Shown one piece after another: positions 26,361 through 41,418 of a stretch of DNA of 64,000 bases. Both the position numbers and the translations under genes were made by a program. Origin of the DNA: Antedon mediterranea (lineage: Eukaryota > Animalia > Echinodermata). Under the pieces are notes generated by a model. It was not told the DNA's origin. It searched no databases and was given only the letters and a program-made list of their open reading frames with translations. How positions within the stretch are numbered: position 1 is the first letter of the stretch; each line of letters opens with the position of its first letter. Where the stretch lies: NCBI RefSeq assembly GCF_964355755.1, contig NC_092674.1, forward strand, positions 14,322,001 to 14,386,000, given 5' to 3'.

Positions 26361-27159
26361 CTGAAATATTACAAACATTATGTTATAGTATTTTTTACTC
26401 TAAACAAAGTATTATAATATTGTCCTGCAATCAATACGATGTAATCAATTAAAAATAACGTTATAGATTTAAATAATGCTAATAATAGAGGGCTAAAATC
26501 ACGCATTATGGCTATGCACGATATTTTTTGGCGTTCCAGATAATTTTATTTTATTGTTTACGTGTTTTAATATTATTTATGATTTTCAGACAAATTTTAA
26601 AAGCTTATTATGCATGAAAATAGTATAGTTTTCTCATCTTCTAAATCAAATGTCAACTGTATACGTGAAGCATAATTTCATTGGATTGTTATTGTATTGT
26701 ATTATATTGTTAAAACAATACATTTCAGTTCCAACTTATCCTTACATACATAAACTTGGTTCTTAATTGATATGACAATCCTTATTGCAGCTTAAAAGAA
26801 GCTATACTGGTATTGAGCGCAGTAACATCTGACAAACGGCGGGCTTTGATAACTGCTGTAAAATCAACAGGGGCTAAATTTGAACCAGAACACTGGCTTA
26901 ACCCGATATTATATTAATCACGAAAGATGCCCTGGATTATTTATCATCATGTTTTAAATCAGATGTAATTAGAATTCTATAAACCTCAGCTTCATCCCTA
27001 TTTCTAGATAAATGCCATTCATACTCATTGAGAGTTGGCTGGTTTATTTAGCAGAAACCAGATATCCTTTAACTTGCATCAGCTTAAACTTATTATAGTT
27101 TGACCAAAATTATGCAAAAATCCCTCCAACTCCCCTTGGGAGTTTTCTGCCGCTAGTTA

Positions 27160-27695
27160 GACCTCCTCCAAGGCAATTATTGTTATTGATTATACGAATT
27201 ACGTAATTAGTTAGCTTAGAAATGATCTATGCCTCAAAAGCTCGGACGAGTTAGAATTTGAGGGGAAAGGTCATAGGTCAAGGTCACAACTAACAAAAAA
27301 CTATTTTACTGCCTAGAGACCAAAGTTTTTATCCAATTCTCACTAAATTTAGCCACAATGATCAATGATTCATCATATAATTGTGGTTACATTTTGAAGA
27401 GTCAGGGTCAAAGATCAAGGTCCACAAAAAACAAAAACAAAAAGAAATTAAAAAAATAATTAAAAAAAAACGTCGGTGGGACTTGAACCTGCGACCTCAA
27501 CTGTGAGAGGCTGGATACATAATCAATACACCAAACTTTCATCTACAACTTTGCAGTGTGCAGTTAGCCTATTTACACTTAGAACTAATAAAAAAAAATT
27601 AAAAAAATATATATATATATTTTTTCCAGAGACATTTTATGTAGGGGAATTTTACAGTAGGCGGAGGTTTGTACTCTCAGAGTACCCTCTAGTTG
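27160..27695 (+). mobile_element. Helitron/Helentron-type non-autonomous element
   Basis: Sub-terminal inverted ACCTCC(T)CC / GGCGGAGGT; GGTCA(A)GGTCA repeats; 3' hairpin GTACTCTCAGAGTAC then CTAGT; contains an antisense tRNA-like stretch at about 27470-27535. Confidence 0.55.
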
Positions 27696-29934
27696 GAACT
27701 GTTATTTGTAATAGTACAGGCCTAATTTAAATGCAGAAGCTCACAGTAAGTTTACGTCGTTGTACCATTGTTTCCTGATAATTGGAATGTAATCAGTTTT
27801 TATTATAGTGATTTCTGATTTGACAAATTAAATTTGTCAAAATCAGAAATCACTATGTATGACTGATGAGTTCAAGTTCAATCTGAAAACATCACTGATG
27901 ACACAAATTATAGCTAAACATTAATTATTATTGTATTGTCAACATAATCGAGTTGAAGGTATTGCTGTATATGCACGTAAATATCATAGTATAGCATACT
28001 GACAAAAAACGTTACATAAGGTAATTAGTCTATTTTCGTATACTAAGCGACTTACATTTTCTATACCTGAAATAATTATTTGAAGTATGTATATCCCAAT
28101 ATATTTGGTTGGTGTCATAATATGCGATTTTAAACTCACATAAACATCCAATGAAATCCTCGTTATTGAAAAAAAAAATCTATTTATTAATATTAATTTA
28201 TTGTTTTCTCTTTTTACTTGGTTAGATAAAACATGTTACTAAGAAACGGCAAACATTCTAGTTTAAATTCTTTATGTTAAGTACCCACAGATTGCACTAT
28301 TTTCTGTAAGCTTAAATAGGTTCTCTTTTTGTTTATGTGTTGGGAATAGAAAATATTTCTCTTCAAACAGTTTCCAAAATATTGGTACACAACAATGAAA
28401 AAAAAATGTGTGTTACGTTCTCGGTTACGGTCACTAGAACCATTCTTGCGACTGAGTTGAACTTCGAAAATGCCAGTCAGGTGTAAAAACAAGTTAAAAA
28501 GAATAAATTAGCAATTGTCACTGCATACTCATCCTTCAAACTAGCCGCCATCAAGCAAACACTCAATGCACACTCATTCAGATAAACCAAAAAATGCACT
28601 TATTTTCGAATGATTTTTTTCCTACTTATTTTGTGTATTGTTTTATATTAATGTACATCGTTTTCTTTTTAATATTATGACTCCAATTATATATTGGAAA
28701 TAAGGATTTGATCGAGTCGAATTTAGATTTACAAGTAACAGAGAAGCATTTCTCTTGTCCGTTGTCAGATGGTTATTGAATCTTTGTTGATGATTTCTCT
28801 AATACTCATATGTAATTAACCGCTTTACGTCAATCTGTGTAGTAGGTACTAACAATATGTATATTACGTCATGAGGTAATTTCCCGATTGATCGTAATCA
28901 AAACGGTACTGGGTTTGGTCTACTAGCGTTCCTGCTCCCAACCAGTACATCCATTAGAAGCCTTAATGAAGTAAGCCTACCTGGTGGTGGCCATAGAACG
29001 GTCCCGAGATAACGACTATACTTCGGCTTTAGTCGATAGAAGATTGAATAAATTGTTAGAGATAGAGTATACGATGTTATGATTATGTGTAGATATGTGA
29101 TTTGTTCTTTTTATTCAAATGATGTTATGTATTTAATAAATTTGTTATATCAATTAATTTAATTATCGCATTGCATATTATGTGATGAATATTATTTAAT
29201 AGATTTTTGATATATTATTATTATTATATTAATAAAAAAGATATTTGTTAGTATAAATTAAAAAATAGTGATAAGGGGGGTGGGGGGTGGTGGTGTGATG
29301 GTTTGTGATGTCATTTTTTGCTAGGGCTCGGGGTTGTAGGCTATCGAATTGTAAAATTATACTACAAAAGTTTTACAGTATTTTAATTATCCTCAGCAAG
29401 GCGTTTGGAGAAATATAGATATAGATATACATATACATATAATATCACTAAATTATTATCTTAAATGAAAGTTGAATTGAATTTGAATTGCTTGTTTATT
29501 GTATTAACCATTGTCTGTAATGTTAGTATTAATTTCTTTAAAATGAATCTTATGAGCGTTAGTTTTACAGCAACAATAGTACTTTATTTAACATTTTATA
29601 ATAACAATAAATTACCCTAGATATGAATAAGTACAACACCGTGTTTGATATTATCAAGAAGTGATAGCAGTAAACAATTGTATGAATATGCTTGATAAAT
29701 AAATAGACATAGCATTCAATGAATTATTCAACAATTAGTATAATTGTGTTTGTTTTAGAATACAATATTGTGTGTATAAATGTATGTGGCGGAGCGTTTA
29801 TTAGAAGGTGGAGGTTGGATATTCCAAAGATGTTTTATTGGCGAGGGGCGTTTATTCAAATATTTGCGGTAGGCCTAATTGGTATAATCAATATATTATT
29901 TAGTTTAAATCAAACACCAAATAATGACAATCAT

Positions 29935-32900
29935 TACCCAAAAAGAAAATTTGAATATTTAATAATAATAAGCCTTGGCTCACAAAAGATGTAAAAAAGG
30001 AATTACTTAAGAAATATATTGCATCCAAAAACATATGCAACGAGATGGAAAAGAACAAGATTCAAAAATGTGTAAATAAGAAAATCAAAGCATGTAAAAA
30101 AGAATATGGAGAAAAAATTGAGAACAAATTCAAGTGCCGGGACACCCGTCAGGCCTGGAATGGAGTTAGGAAAATTACAGATATGGAGAAGAAAAATAAT
30201 GAAATTGAACACAGTTTTAAACCAAATGATTTTAATATTTTTTATTCTAGATTTAATGAAATAAATTTTAAATGTGAAATGACTGTATCTGCTGAAGGGT
30301 TTAAAAATAAAATGAATGATAAAAGTGCAATAAAAATTGATGTAGATGATGTTAAGAAATATATGGAAAGGGTGAATGTTAGTAAAGCAAAGGGTCCGGA
30401 TGGTGTATCAGGGCGTTTGATTAGATCATGTGCATCTCAGCTTTCACCAATAATAAGCCAGCTTTTCCAGTGTTCACTGAACACGGGGGTGGTACCTGAT
30501 CTATGGAAGGTCTCTTAGATTATACCTGTTCCGAAAATGTGTAGCCCTAAAATCATTAACGACTTCAGACCAGTGGCATTAACATCTATTATAATGAAGA
30601 TCCTTGAGAAAATTGTTAGAAGTCAACTAATGTCTGAATGTAGTGATTTTATGGATAATAACCAATTTGCATATCAATGTAATAGAGGGGTCGATGATGC
30701 TATTATAACCTTGTTAGACCTGGTGGTTTCACATTTAGATAAGAAGGGGACCTAAGCTCGAGGGCTATTCATAGACTTTTCATCTGCATTTAATTTGATG
30801 CAGCCTCATATTTTATTGAATAAAATGTCTGAATGGAAGGGTAATCCTTACCTTGCTCTATGGGTTGGCAACAGTATGTTAAAGTTGGTAAATCTATCTC
30901 AGAGATTAGAAGGATCAACACTGGTGCACCCCAGGGGTGTTGTCTGTCACCAAATTTATTTACAATATATACTAGTGAATGTCGATCTTCATGTAGCATT
31001 GTGTCATATAATCAAATACGCAGATGACATGGTACTGATTGGTCTATTGAAAAATGCTGACGATCATGTGTATAAGGACGAATATGTTAAATTAATGTTA
31101 TGGTGCAATGACAATTACCTTAAGATTAATTTTAATAAAACTAAAGAAATTATATGGGATTTTAGGAAAAAGAAAAATGAAAAAAGTTATTTGATAGTTA
31201 ATGATCAGACAATTGAACGTGTTCATGAAACCAAATATCTTGGTACACATATTGATGATCAACTTAGTTTTGAAAAAAATACGGCCGAGATAATTAAGAA
31301 AGGTCACCAAAGGTTATATTTCCTAAGAAAGCTAAATAAATGTAATGTTAGCTGTGGTACTCTAAAATTATTCTATGAAACCGTTATTCAATCAGTACTA
31401 GTTATCTATGTTATTGCTTGGTTCGGTAATTTAAATGAAACACACAAGAAAGGTCTCATTAGAATTACTAAGATAGCATCAAATATAATTGGTTGTACGG
31501 TTAATGATTTAATATATCTTTATGAAAAACAGGTCCTAAGTAAATTAAGTAAAATTTTAGAAGATAAGAAACATCCATTACATATGAGATTTTTTAAGAA
31601 CAATTCAGGCTGGTTACGGGCTCCTAGAGCTGATACGTCAAAAAACCGACTGTCTTTTGTACCAAATTCAACTCATATAGACTAGGCTATGAATGAGGTA
31701 GGTGCCACCCGGAGAGGTAGAAATTCTCATGACTTTTCTAGACTAGTTTTTTCTGGGGAATCCAAATATATTGGGTAAACGGGCTGTAACCTGAGAACTT
31801 TCGCGTGAGGGCGCTTTTTTCAAAATGGCTGCCAGTTACAGTAGACTATGATATCTTGGCAACCACTGGTCATAGAGAGTTGATTTTGGTGTCAAATTGT
31901 TCGGAATGTACATGTTCCTATTTGATGTAATAGAACATTTTGTCAGAAAATGGCCGGAAATATCTCTATTGACCTTTGACCCAATATCTAACAGATATCA
32001 TATCTCCGTAACTACTCGACACAGAAAGTTGTAATAGGTGTCAAACTCTCCTGAATATAGATGTTTATATTCAAACTAATAGAACATTATCTGTAAAAAG
32101 ACATTTCTCCCATCTGATCACGTTAATCTTGTCAATTAATTCATTTTGTGCCAATTGGAGGTTGACATTCTCATATTATTTTCTGGACCAGTTTTTCATG
32201 TGCAATCCGAATATATGAGATAAATAAGCCATAACAAGGCCAAGAATTTAATTCTTTTACTACATACATGCTTCCCTTTAGTGTTTCAGTCTGTATGTCG
32301 TGTATTAATCTTCAAGATCGCTCACATCACTGCAATCTGAAAAGTCTTCATATTCATTATGTGTAAACAGTTCCTGGACATCAGTGGGAATCACTGTCTC
32401 AATCCATTTAGGCTCCATTTGTTCGTTCCATCCATTGTGTGTACTGTTGTTGACAAAATCATTGACGTCTGCTGATTGCCATTCTTTAGTAATGAAGTTT
32501 GCTCTAAGTATATGAAACTCAAGGGTCTGCTGACATATGTGGCAGTAATGATATATCTGTAATCTTGTTGTGTCTGGAAAACTTTCTGTTGAAGGTATCA
32601 TATCTTGCTTGATTTACACTTTTCCCCTTCACTCCATACAAAAGTGAAACATACTCTTCAAATTCCTCATACAACTCTTTTGATGGAACATCTGACACTC
32701 CAAGGTTGCAGAATGTGTCAACAAATTTTGCTTTTGATTCCAGAAGCTTCCAGCAGGTACGTTTTCCTTTCCGAAAGAAAGCGGAGTTATAATCGTTACC
32801 TGTGAAAGCATGGAATCCAATAAGGGATGATTTCTGCGCTTTTGTTAAATCAATGTCACTCAATTTCAGTACCTTTTTTTAGTCATAGTCATTTTTTTTA

Positions 32901-35750
32901 ATCATATATACTTTATTGTCCATTTAAAAAAAAACAGAAATGTGATTTGAAAACTGGCTTGTTGTATCAATAATTACCCTCTGCCCATCATCTATGAAAT
33001 GAGATAGTGCAATGACTGGAATATCAATGTCTCCAGAATGGGAACGAATTATTGCTACGCCTTGATTGTTATTTGTTAAAGCATGCTTTGCATGCAGGAT
33101 GACTTTCGTGTAGGCTTGCTCTTCCGGCTACTATTAAGCTCCGGAACCAATACAACATCTCAGTTAGTAACGTAGATGCATTCTTTGTACGATGAAAAGT
33201 AGGTAACATCACTCCTCATATCTGTTAGAATACTTTCTTTCTTTGACATTAGTACACAGCGAATAAGCTCAATCAATCTGGTCTTGTTCTCGCCGTTGGC
33301 AAGAAAATTGTTGAAATCACGGGCCAACTTTGATATTGTTGAGCTTACAATTACTTTTGGTGCAATACCGCGTATGTTTCTCTCAACAGACTTAATGCTT
33401 TTTGGCAGGTATGCACTTGTATCCTTTAGGGATGCTATTGAAAACCTTTGCTACAAAATCCTCGTACGTATCAGGGTAAGATGTAAATGTTCTGATTAAT
33501 GCCATCAAGTCAACAACATAGGCAATGACAGTAGCCTTTGCTGGCAGTGCCCGACCAGGATCTATAACATCTGTTGAACTTTCGATGAGAATTTCTATTA
33601 GGACACTTTTCTGAGTTGTTCGTCTTGTCCCATCTGCATTAGCAAGGCTTAGCGGGACAGGGGTAAGTGGATACTCAAAGGCTTTCTTAAAGTCAATTAT
33701 TCTACCATGCTTTGTTGAGGTGGCAAGAAGCTTTCCTAAAACATCCCGATTAGCTTATATTACTTTTACTTTCCCATTTGCCTTGATTTCAAGTTTCTTC
33801 CCACTATTCGAAAATAAAGTGAGATGATGTTATGGATCCTGGTCGAGCACTGCGAGAAACAGACGCGGTATTGCACCAAAAGTAATTGTAAGCTCAAAAA
33901 TATCAAAGTTGCCCCGTGATTTCAACAATTTCCTTGCCAACGGCGAGAACAAGACCAGATTGATTGAGCTTATTCGCTGTGTACTAGTGTCAAAGAAAGA
34001 AAGCATTCTAACAGATATGAGGAGTGATGTTACCTACTTTTCATCGTACAAATAATGCATCTACGTTACTAACTGAGATGTTGTATTGGTTCCGGAGCTT
34101 AATAGTAGCCAAGAAGAAGCCGACACGAACGTCATCCTGCATGCAAAGCATGCTTTAACAAATAACAATCAAGGCGTAGCAATAATTCGTTCCCATTCTG
34201 GAGACATTGACATTCCAGTCATTTCACTATCTCATTTCATAGATGATGGGCAGAGGGTAATTATTGATACAAACACTGGGAAATACCGAAATGTACTGAA
34301 ATTGAGTGACATTGATTTAACAAAAGCGCAGAAATCATCCCTTATTGGATTCCATGCTTTCACAGGTAACGAGTATAACTCCGCTTTCGTTCGGAAAGGA
34401 AAACGTACCTGCTGGAAGCTTCTGGAATCAAAAGCAAAATTTGTTGACACATTCTGCAACCTTGGAGTGTCAGATGTTCCATCAAAAGAGTTGTATGAGG
34501 AACTTGAAGAGTATGTTTCACCATTGTATGGAGTGAAGAGGAAAAGTGAAAATCAAGCAAGATATCTTCAACAGAAAGTTTTCCAGACACAACAAGATTA
34601 CAGATATATCATTACTGCCACTATGTCAGCAGACCCTTGAGTTTCATATACTTAGAGCAAACTTCATTACTAAAGAATGGCAATCAGCAGACGTCAATGA
34701 TTTTGTCAACAACAGTACACACAATGGATGGAACGAACAAATGGAGCCTAAATGGATTGAGACAGTGATTCCCACTGATGTCCAGGAACTGTTTACACAT
34801 AATGAATATGAAGACTTTTCAGATTGCAGTGATGTGAGCGATCTTGAAGATTAATACACGACATACAGACTGAAACACTAAAGGGAAGCATGTATGTAGT
34901 AAAAGAATTAAATTCTTGGCCTTGTTATGGCTTATTTATCTCATATATTCGGATTGCACATGAAAAACTGGTCCAGAAAATAATATGAGAATGTCAACCT
35001 CCAATTGGCACAAAATGAATTAATTGACAGGATTAACGTGATCAGATAGGAGAAATGTCTTGCATTTTGGGTCAAAGGTCAGTAACGTTATTTCCGGTCA
35101 TTTTTACAGATAATGTTCTATTAGTTTGAATATAAACATCTATATTCTGGAGAGTTTGACACCAATTACAACTTTCTGTGTCGATTAGTTACGGAGATAT
35201 GATATCTGTTAGATATTGGGTCAAAGGTCAATAGAGGTATTTCCGGCCATTTTCTGACAAAATTTTCTATTACATCAAATAGGAACATGTACATTCCAAA
35301 CAATTTGACACCAAAATCAACTCTCTATGACCAGTGGTTGCCAAGATATCATAGTCTACTGTAACTGCCAGCCATTTTGAAAAAAGCGCCCTCACGCGAA
35401 AGTTCTCAGGTTACAGCCCGTTTACCCAATATATTTGGATTCCCCAGAAAAAACTGGTCTAGAAAAGTTATATGAGAATTTCTACCTCTCCGGGTGGCAC
35501 CTACCTCATTCATAGCCTAGTCTAATATTTTTAACTCAAAGATTGTTAGATCATAATAGCGCACATGCAATATATATTTTAAAGTTTTACTGTTGATGGA
35601 TGTTTTAATTAATGTTTTTAAATTGTAAATTTGTTCTATGTATGATGTAATTATGAATGTTTTACCATATTTTTCTGTCGAGGAAAACAATTTTTCCATG
35701 TACAATTTAGTATATATGGAACGAATAAAGATTTGATTTGATTTGATTTG
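29935..35750 (+). mobile_element. Rex1/Babar-like LINE (degenerate ORF2) split by the Academ palindrome
   Basis: NNKPW, KAKGPDGV, FRPVALTS, QFAY, FIDFSSAFN, KYADD, KYLG motifs; removing the insert gives ...FVPNSTHIFNSKIVRS*; (ATTTG)n tail; ATCAT TSD at 29930 and 35751. Confidence 0.88.
31678..35524. mobile_element. Palindromic Academ-derived DNA transposon (two inverted 3' halves)
   Basis: TAG...CTA termini, 3-bp TSD ATA; arms 31678-33373 and 33863-35524; both arms encode an XPG/FEN-like transposase C-terminus (QEEADT..ILHA, SGDID, LIGFHAFTGND, KGK..CW). Confidence 0.88.
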
Positions 35751-38700
35751 ATCATCAGTGGTACCGTTAATAAGAAACACGTTTTAAACGGCTTGCAGCA
35801 TGAACCAAAGGATCCCTGGTCTCAATGACCTGCAGTACATACAGATAGCGCGCAGTCTGTTCAAACATAACAGCAACTCAACAACTCGGCTACCATTTGG
35901 CTATATCGATTTCTGATATAATTTTATATACTGATTTTACAATTTTCCCTGCAAAATACCTCGATGATGTTTTAATATGCTGGACTTTTTTTTTGCAGTA
36001 TAATTTCATTTTGTTTAAACTACAGGCGTTGCCCGTGAAAAAAACCCCTGCCGATGAAATTAGAAATGTTGTTTTAAAACTTTCTATAATATCTGCCTAA
36101 GAGAGAAATATTATAAAATCTACGTTTCGCAGTACATCTGAAATAGGAAAGGTAGGTATGCAAGGTGGAAACTCAGAAATAACCATACTTTATATATAGA
36201 CACGCTAACATTGACCTCGTGGAGCACATCGTAGTATCATACACGTGCACATATAGCTCATCGCGTTGGTAAGTCACAAACATATTGGTGATTTTTTTTA
36301 ATTATTATAGTATTATGTCAATGAGGCTTAGTAGTATGCCACATGCAATATGAATTGAGAAAAAGAAAAATAACGACAATTTTATTATTACTGTGACCGA
36401 ATTAACGCTTTAAAAAAGCCTTATTAAATACATACCGATAGGTCTATGTGAACGGCCGATACTAACCACGATACATTACATTTAATTACTCTTTGTAGGC
36501 CTACATCTAGTCTTTGATCACTACATTGGATGCGTTATTATGTTGCTTGTAAACAGTCATTCTACATGCTTTAGATCATAGAAATAATTACTTTGTTAGG
36601 AATAACTGTACATTTAATGTACGATGATACTAAACAATCGCAATTGACATACTAAAAATAATGTAAACCAATATTGCTATAGTTTAATTAAAGCAAAGGT
36701 TTCTTTTATGTTGGAATGCAATTATATTTAGCTAGACTTATTGTTGTATTAATTTAGATACACAAATACAAATATGAAATCATAAGAAGAAACATTCGGG
36801 AATTACCAATCGTGATCTTAGAAATTATATTCATGACTAATGTGTCTATTTTAATATTTGAAGTAATCTTTTCTTTATATTATGTCATTTGAACAATTGA
36901 ATAGAACATGAACTCAGTACTTATGGATTTTAACCCACGAAGCCTCTGCAATCGAACATTTTACCGGCACAAACGAAGCAAATTGAAAAAGTCAACATGT
37001 TGCTGATCTGGTAGATACCATTGAAATGTTAGCGAAACAATACGCCATGTGTCTTAGAAAAGATAGTATTAAGGTTTTTTTATTTTCTGATGTTATCGGT
37101 AGACTTTTAACGGCGGTAAAGTTACTTCCGAGTTCGTTATCACTTTGCGATGTCCGGGTTGCAACTACAACTTCGCTGTAGTCACAATAAAACCTCTGTA
37201 CGAAACTCGTGCAGCTGTCCCACATGTGAACGTGACATGTACATTTGATATACATTTGAGTCAAAATATTCCATATTTCTCTCTTTAAACAAACTAAAAA
37301 AAATGAACTAATTTATATTAATTATACTGTATATGGTTTGGCTATTTAATATTATTGTAACTCAGACTGTTTAAAACTTAATGAAGAAATAGCTCATAAT
37401 GTTTAATATGTTATAAATTGTGTATACACTACGATACGACGTGACGTTATTATTACAGTAGTAGACAATGTATAAATATTATAATGTACCGATGATAAGC
37501 CGACTCGCAATAAAATTAATAATATTACAAGTAATCTATATAAATTATGGTTAATTCTGACATAGGCGAGCACAATGCAAACACTTCGGTACAAATCTCC
37601 GCCTTGGATACCTACCTTATCTATCTCAGATGTACCGCGAAACGTAGATTTGATAACATTAGTTTTCACATCGATGCTATTGTTTCATATTTCAATCTTA
37701 GGAATATATTATAAAGGGTTTTATAAGAAATTTTCTGATTTCAATCGGTAAATTTTACCTCTGCGCGCGGTAGAAGTAATTTCCGGGTTCACGGTAAGGT
37801 GTTGGTTTCAACCAGGGAGTTGTAAAACAACTACCTGTTTCAAGTGCTTGGTGGCGATAGCCATTTTGTGTTTTTGTTTATTTTCGGACCGCGCGTGTGA
37901 AGGTATATAATAGTAGTACATAAACCCCGATAGCCGAGTTGTTGAGTAAGCTGTCAAGACTTTATGTATAATGTGCGCTATCTGTGTCCTGTCAGGACCC
38001 TGGAATACTTCTGCCCATGTTGCAAGCCGTCTAAAACGTCTTTCTTCTTAGGCCACTGTGTCGCGGAATAATGTATTAATTATACCAATTAGGATGGCAT
38101 TTATTTGAATAAACTCCCGGAACACCTCCCCAATAAAACATCAATTAAAATAATTATCTCGCTACCAACCCCACCCCAAATACATCCATTAAACGCCCAT
38201 CCACAATATTATATTTATAACCCAATTATACTATTTTTAGTAGATTTCTTCAGACTATTATCTACAATTTACCAAGCATTTGTTATTCTTTCTTACCACT
38301 TTTCATATCTACAATAAACACTATACGCCTAAAACGCTATTAATCATCTAAGACACTTAGGTTAGTGAGTACGTTTAGTTTTACGAATATCAAAAGCATA
38401 GTAACCGACCGAAATTGTCCAGGCCAGAATGTCCATCTAAAACTGTTTACGACCCGAGTCATTATCATTCCGAGAACCATCGTCTACACTTCCTAGAGGG
38501 GGAGCGAGAGAAGCGAGCTCACCCTCTAGTAATTATTATTAATATTTATAAAGATTAAACAAGTTATTACAAAGTGTGACACCAGTTGTTACAAAACCTT
38601 GATTAATCTGACTTTCCAATTTCAAGGTTAACCTTGACGAGGCAGCGGTGTTCCGAACCATGTGAGGGGTACAACCGTGCAGTTCTCGACAATTTAGTTG

Positions 38701-38850
38701 CAACAAAAATGATCTGTAATATGACCCGCGATGTGGTTGCTTCATTTAGGTATGTTATTACTGGCACGCCCTTTAAATTGTAAAATTAAACACTTTTTAA
38801 ATCACACTTAATTATATAGTAATATTATTATTAATGTGTGTAACACTTAC

Positions 38851-38949
38851 ATTGGTCTGAAGATCCAATTTAGCACCTTCCTTGAGCAAAATAGTGCAAA
38901 CATCTGTGTGGCCGTTTTGTGCAGCCAAATGTAAAGGTGACCACCCATT
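38851..38949 (-). CDS. Single-ankyrin-repeat exon E4 (NGWSPLHLAAQNGHTDVCTILLKEGAKLDLQTN)
   Basis: 99 bp, TGTTTGTAATATTTCAG acceptor, GTAAGTGTTACA donor, phase 0-0. Confidence 0.92.
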
Positions 38950-39784
38950 CTGAAATATTACAAACATTATGTTATAGTAATTTTTCTCTAAACAAACTAT
39001 TATAATATTGTCCTGAAATCAATACGATGTGATCAATTAAAAATGACGTTATAGATTTAAATAATGCTACATTATTAAATTAAATACGTATACATTTGTC
39101 TTTCTTGTATAATATTTTTTATATAAGTGCTTTATAAATGTATAAAGCAAATAAGTGGGGTTTTTTTGTCTAAAAAGTAAACACTTCATCCGATAGTGCT
39201 AACTAGTCTGAGTGTAAATTATGATAAAGGGGCGTTTGAACTGGCAGTTACAGCTAAAATATCCAGGATTCAAATTTTGTTCAGGTAACACATTTTGACT
39301 GCTAAATTCTTACCATTCATGGTTTCATGTTACCGTTACTTGGAGGGGATATGTTTTTTTAAATGTTTTATAAAATCAAATAAAAATCTCGATTCATATC
39401 TATTTATTGTATCATTTTGCATAAAATACAGTGTTGCTCTACAGTACCATCCAAAAACAGAAAACTGAAAAAAAAACACGAAATATCATTCTCTAACATT
39501 CAGTGCCCTAAAGGCATATGGTAATGATTACAGAATCTATTACGAGAGGTGATAGACCATTTCTTTGAACGTCAAAATAGTGCATTGGATAGGTTGGGTC
39601 CTCAGTAAAGTCTCTTATAAAAAATGAGTACTGTAGTTCTATCGTGATGCATAACTAACAATACGTTCCAGCAAATTCCTACATGTGGTCTCGGTAAACT
39701 ATAAAACAATGAATAATGAGAATACTTTCAATGACAGATTCATAAAAAAAGATGTATGCCTAATGTGACTTGTTTTATTGTTAA

Positions 39785-40773
39785 ATAACTATGTAACTAT
39801 GCATTTTTTGATAGGGATGTAATTAGATAAAATGATCAGCATTACATTCCCTTTCCGATAATACCATGGATGGTTCAGTGTGGAATGTCGGCCATTTTAA
39901 AATACAAATGGCACCTAACTCTTTTGAATTCAGCAACTCCAGAATAACAAATTTAGCCAATAAAATCTATTTTGGCACACATTTCTTCTTTAAAAAGGGA
40001 AGTTCTATAAGACAATACCACAGTACGCGTGTGAAGTGGAACTAATTCGCCTTTAAAAATATCATAGGCCTAATTAAACTCAACTTTTTAAATATCTGAT
40101 AATTAGAGCTGTGAGCGCGTGCAAATTAACAATATAAATTAATATTTATTTACTAAAGCTAACATTATGTTTCCTATTCGAGAAACGATGTTGTTATAGT
40201 GACCACACTAAGTGGTTTGTGTAACTTCACACTAACGATTTGTTGAAACATTATTATTAACATTTTTTAAATTTTATATATAACTATGTAACTATGCATT
40301 TTTTGATAGGGATGTAATTAGATAAAATGATCAGCATTACATTCCCTTTCCGATAATACCATAGATGGTTCAGTGTGGAATGTCGGCCATTTTAAAATAC
40401 AAATGGCACCTAACTCTTTTGAATTCAGCAACTCCAGAATAACAAATTTAGCCAATAAAATCTATTTTGGCACACATTTCTTCTTTAAAAAAGGAAGTTC
40501 TATAAGACAATACCACAGTACGCGTGTGAAGTGGAACTAATTTGCCTTTAAAAATATCATAGGCCTAATTAAACTCAACTTTTTAAATATCTGATAATTA
40601 GAGCTGTGCGCGCGTGCAAATTAACAATATAAATTAATATTTATTTACTAAAGCTAACATTATGTTTCCTATTCGAGAAACGATGTTGTTATAGTGACCA
40701 CACTAAGTGGTTTGTGTAACTTCACACTAACGATTTGTTGAAACATTATTATTAACATTTTTTAAGTTTTATA
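39785..40773 (+). repeat. Tandem direct duplication, period 495 bp
   Basis: TAACTATGTAACTATGC at 39786 and 40281; the copies differ by only a few substitutions. Confidence 0.95.
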
Positions 40774-41418
40774 GAATACAAATACTGGTATACGTAATGT
40801 CCCACACTCCACACTAAACATGGCCATGCATTTAATTAATCTATATATAAATTTACGTAAGGACAAAATTCGGTAAATCGCGCTTTACTTCTAGAATTTT
40901 TACTCGATGGTATATAAAGTTGGTTCGTACTTTCGGTACTGATTTTAACCACCTGATGTAACCCTGTTTACTAATTAAATTAAGTTAGATAATTAGTTAT
41001 TGACGATTAAAACGAATTTAGGTTCAACGATTTGCCCCAAATAGGGGTGTTTTCCGATCGTGGTATACACTGTCTAATGGATGTCCATCTTGAAAAATAC
41101 CCGCCACAAAAATGCGAGGAGGCTTCGCATTTTCCTATCTCCTCCTACGATAATTGTTTTTAATAGCTGAAAACCGGTTGAACAGCTAGAGTACAGCATC
41201 ATAATGTTGAAGACAGGCCGATTTTCTTAAAAAAATACTATTTTGATGGATTTAATATACGATTATACAAATGTATTGATTTGCGATGAATGGAACATCC
41301 CAATCTCTCAGTCTGCCAGAGTTTGGTTTAACACAAGTAGGTAGATTTATGAGCCCTTGGTTTAACACATACGGTAGGTAAATATATGGGGGCCCTTTGA
41401 GAATAAACTTGCAATACT

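Noticed and set aside
34086-34854. Host XPG/FEN1-family nuclease gene
   Set aside because: Frameshifted, duplicated in inverted form and bounded by TAG...CTA TIRs with a TSD, so it is an Academ transposase remnant.
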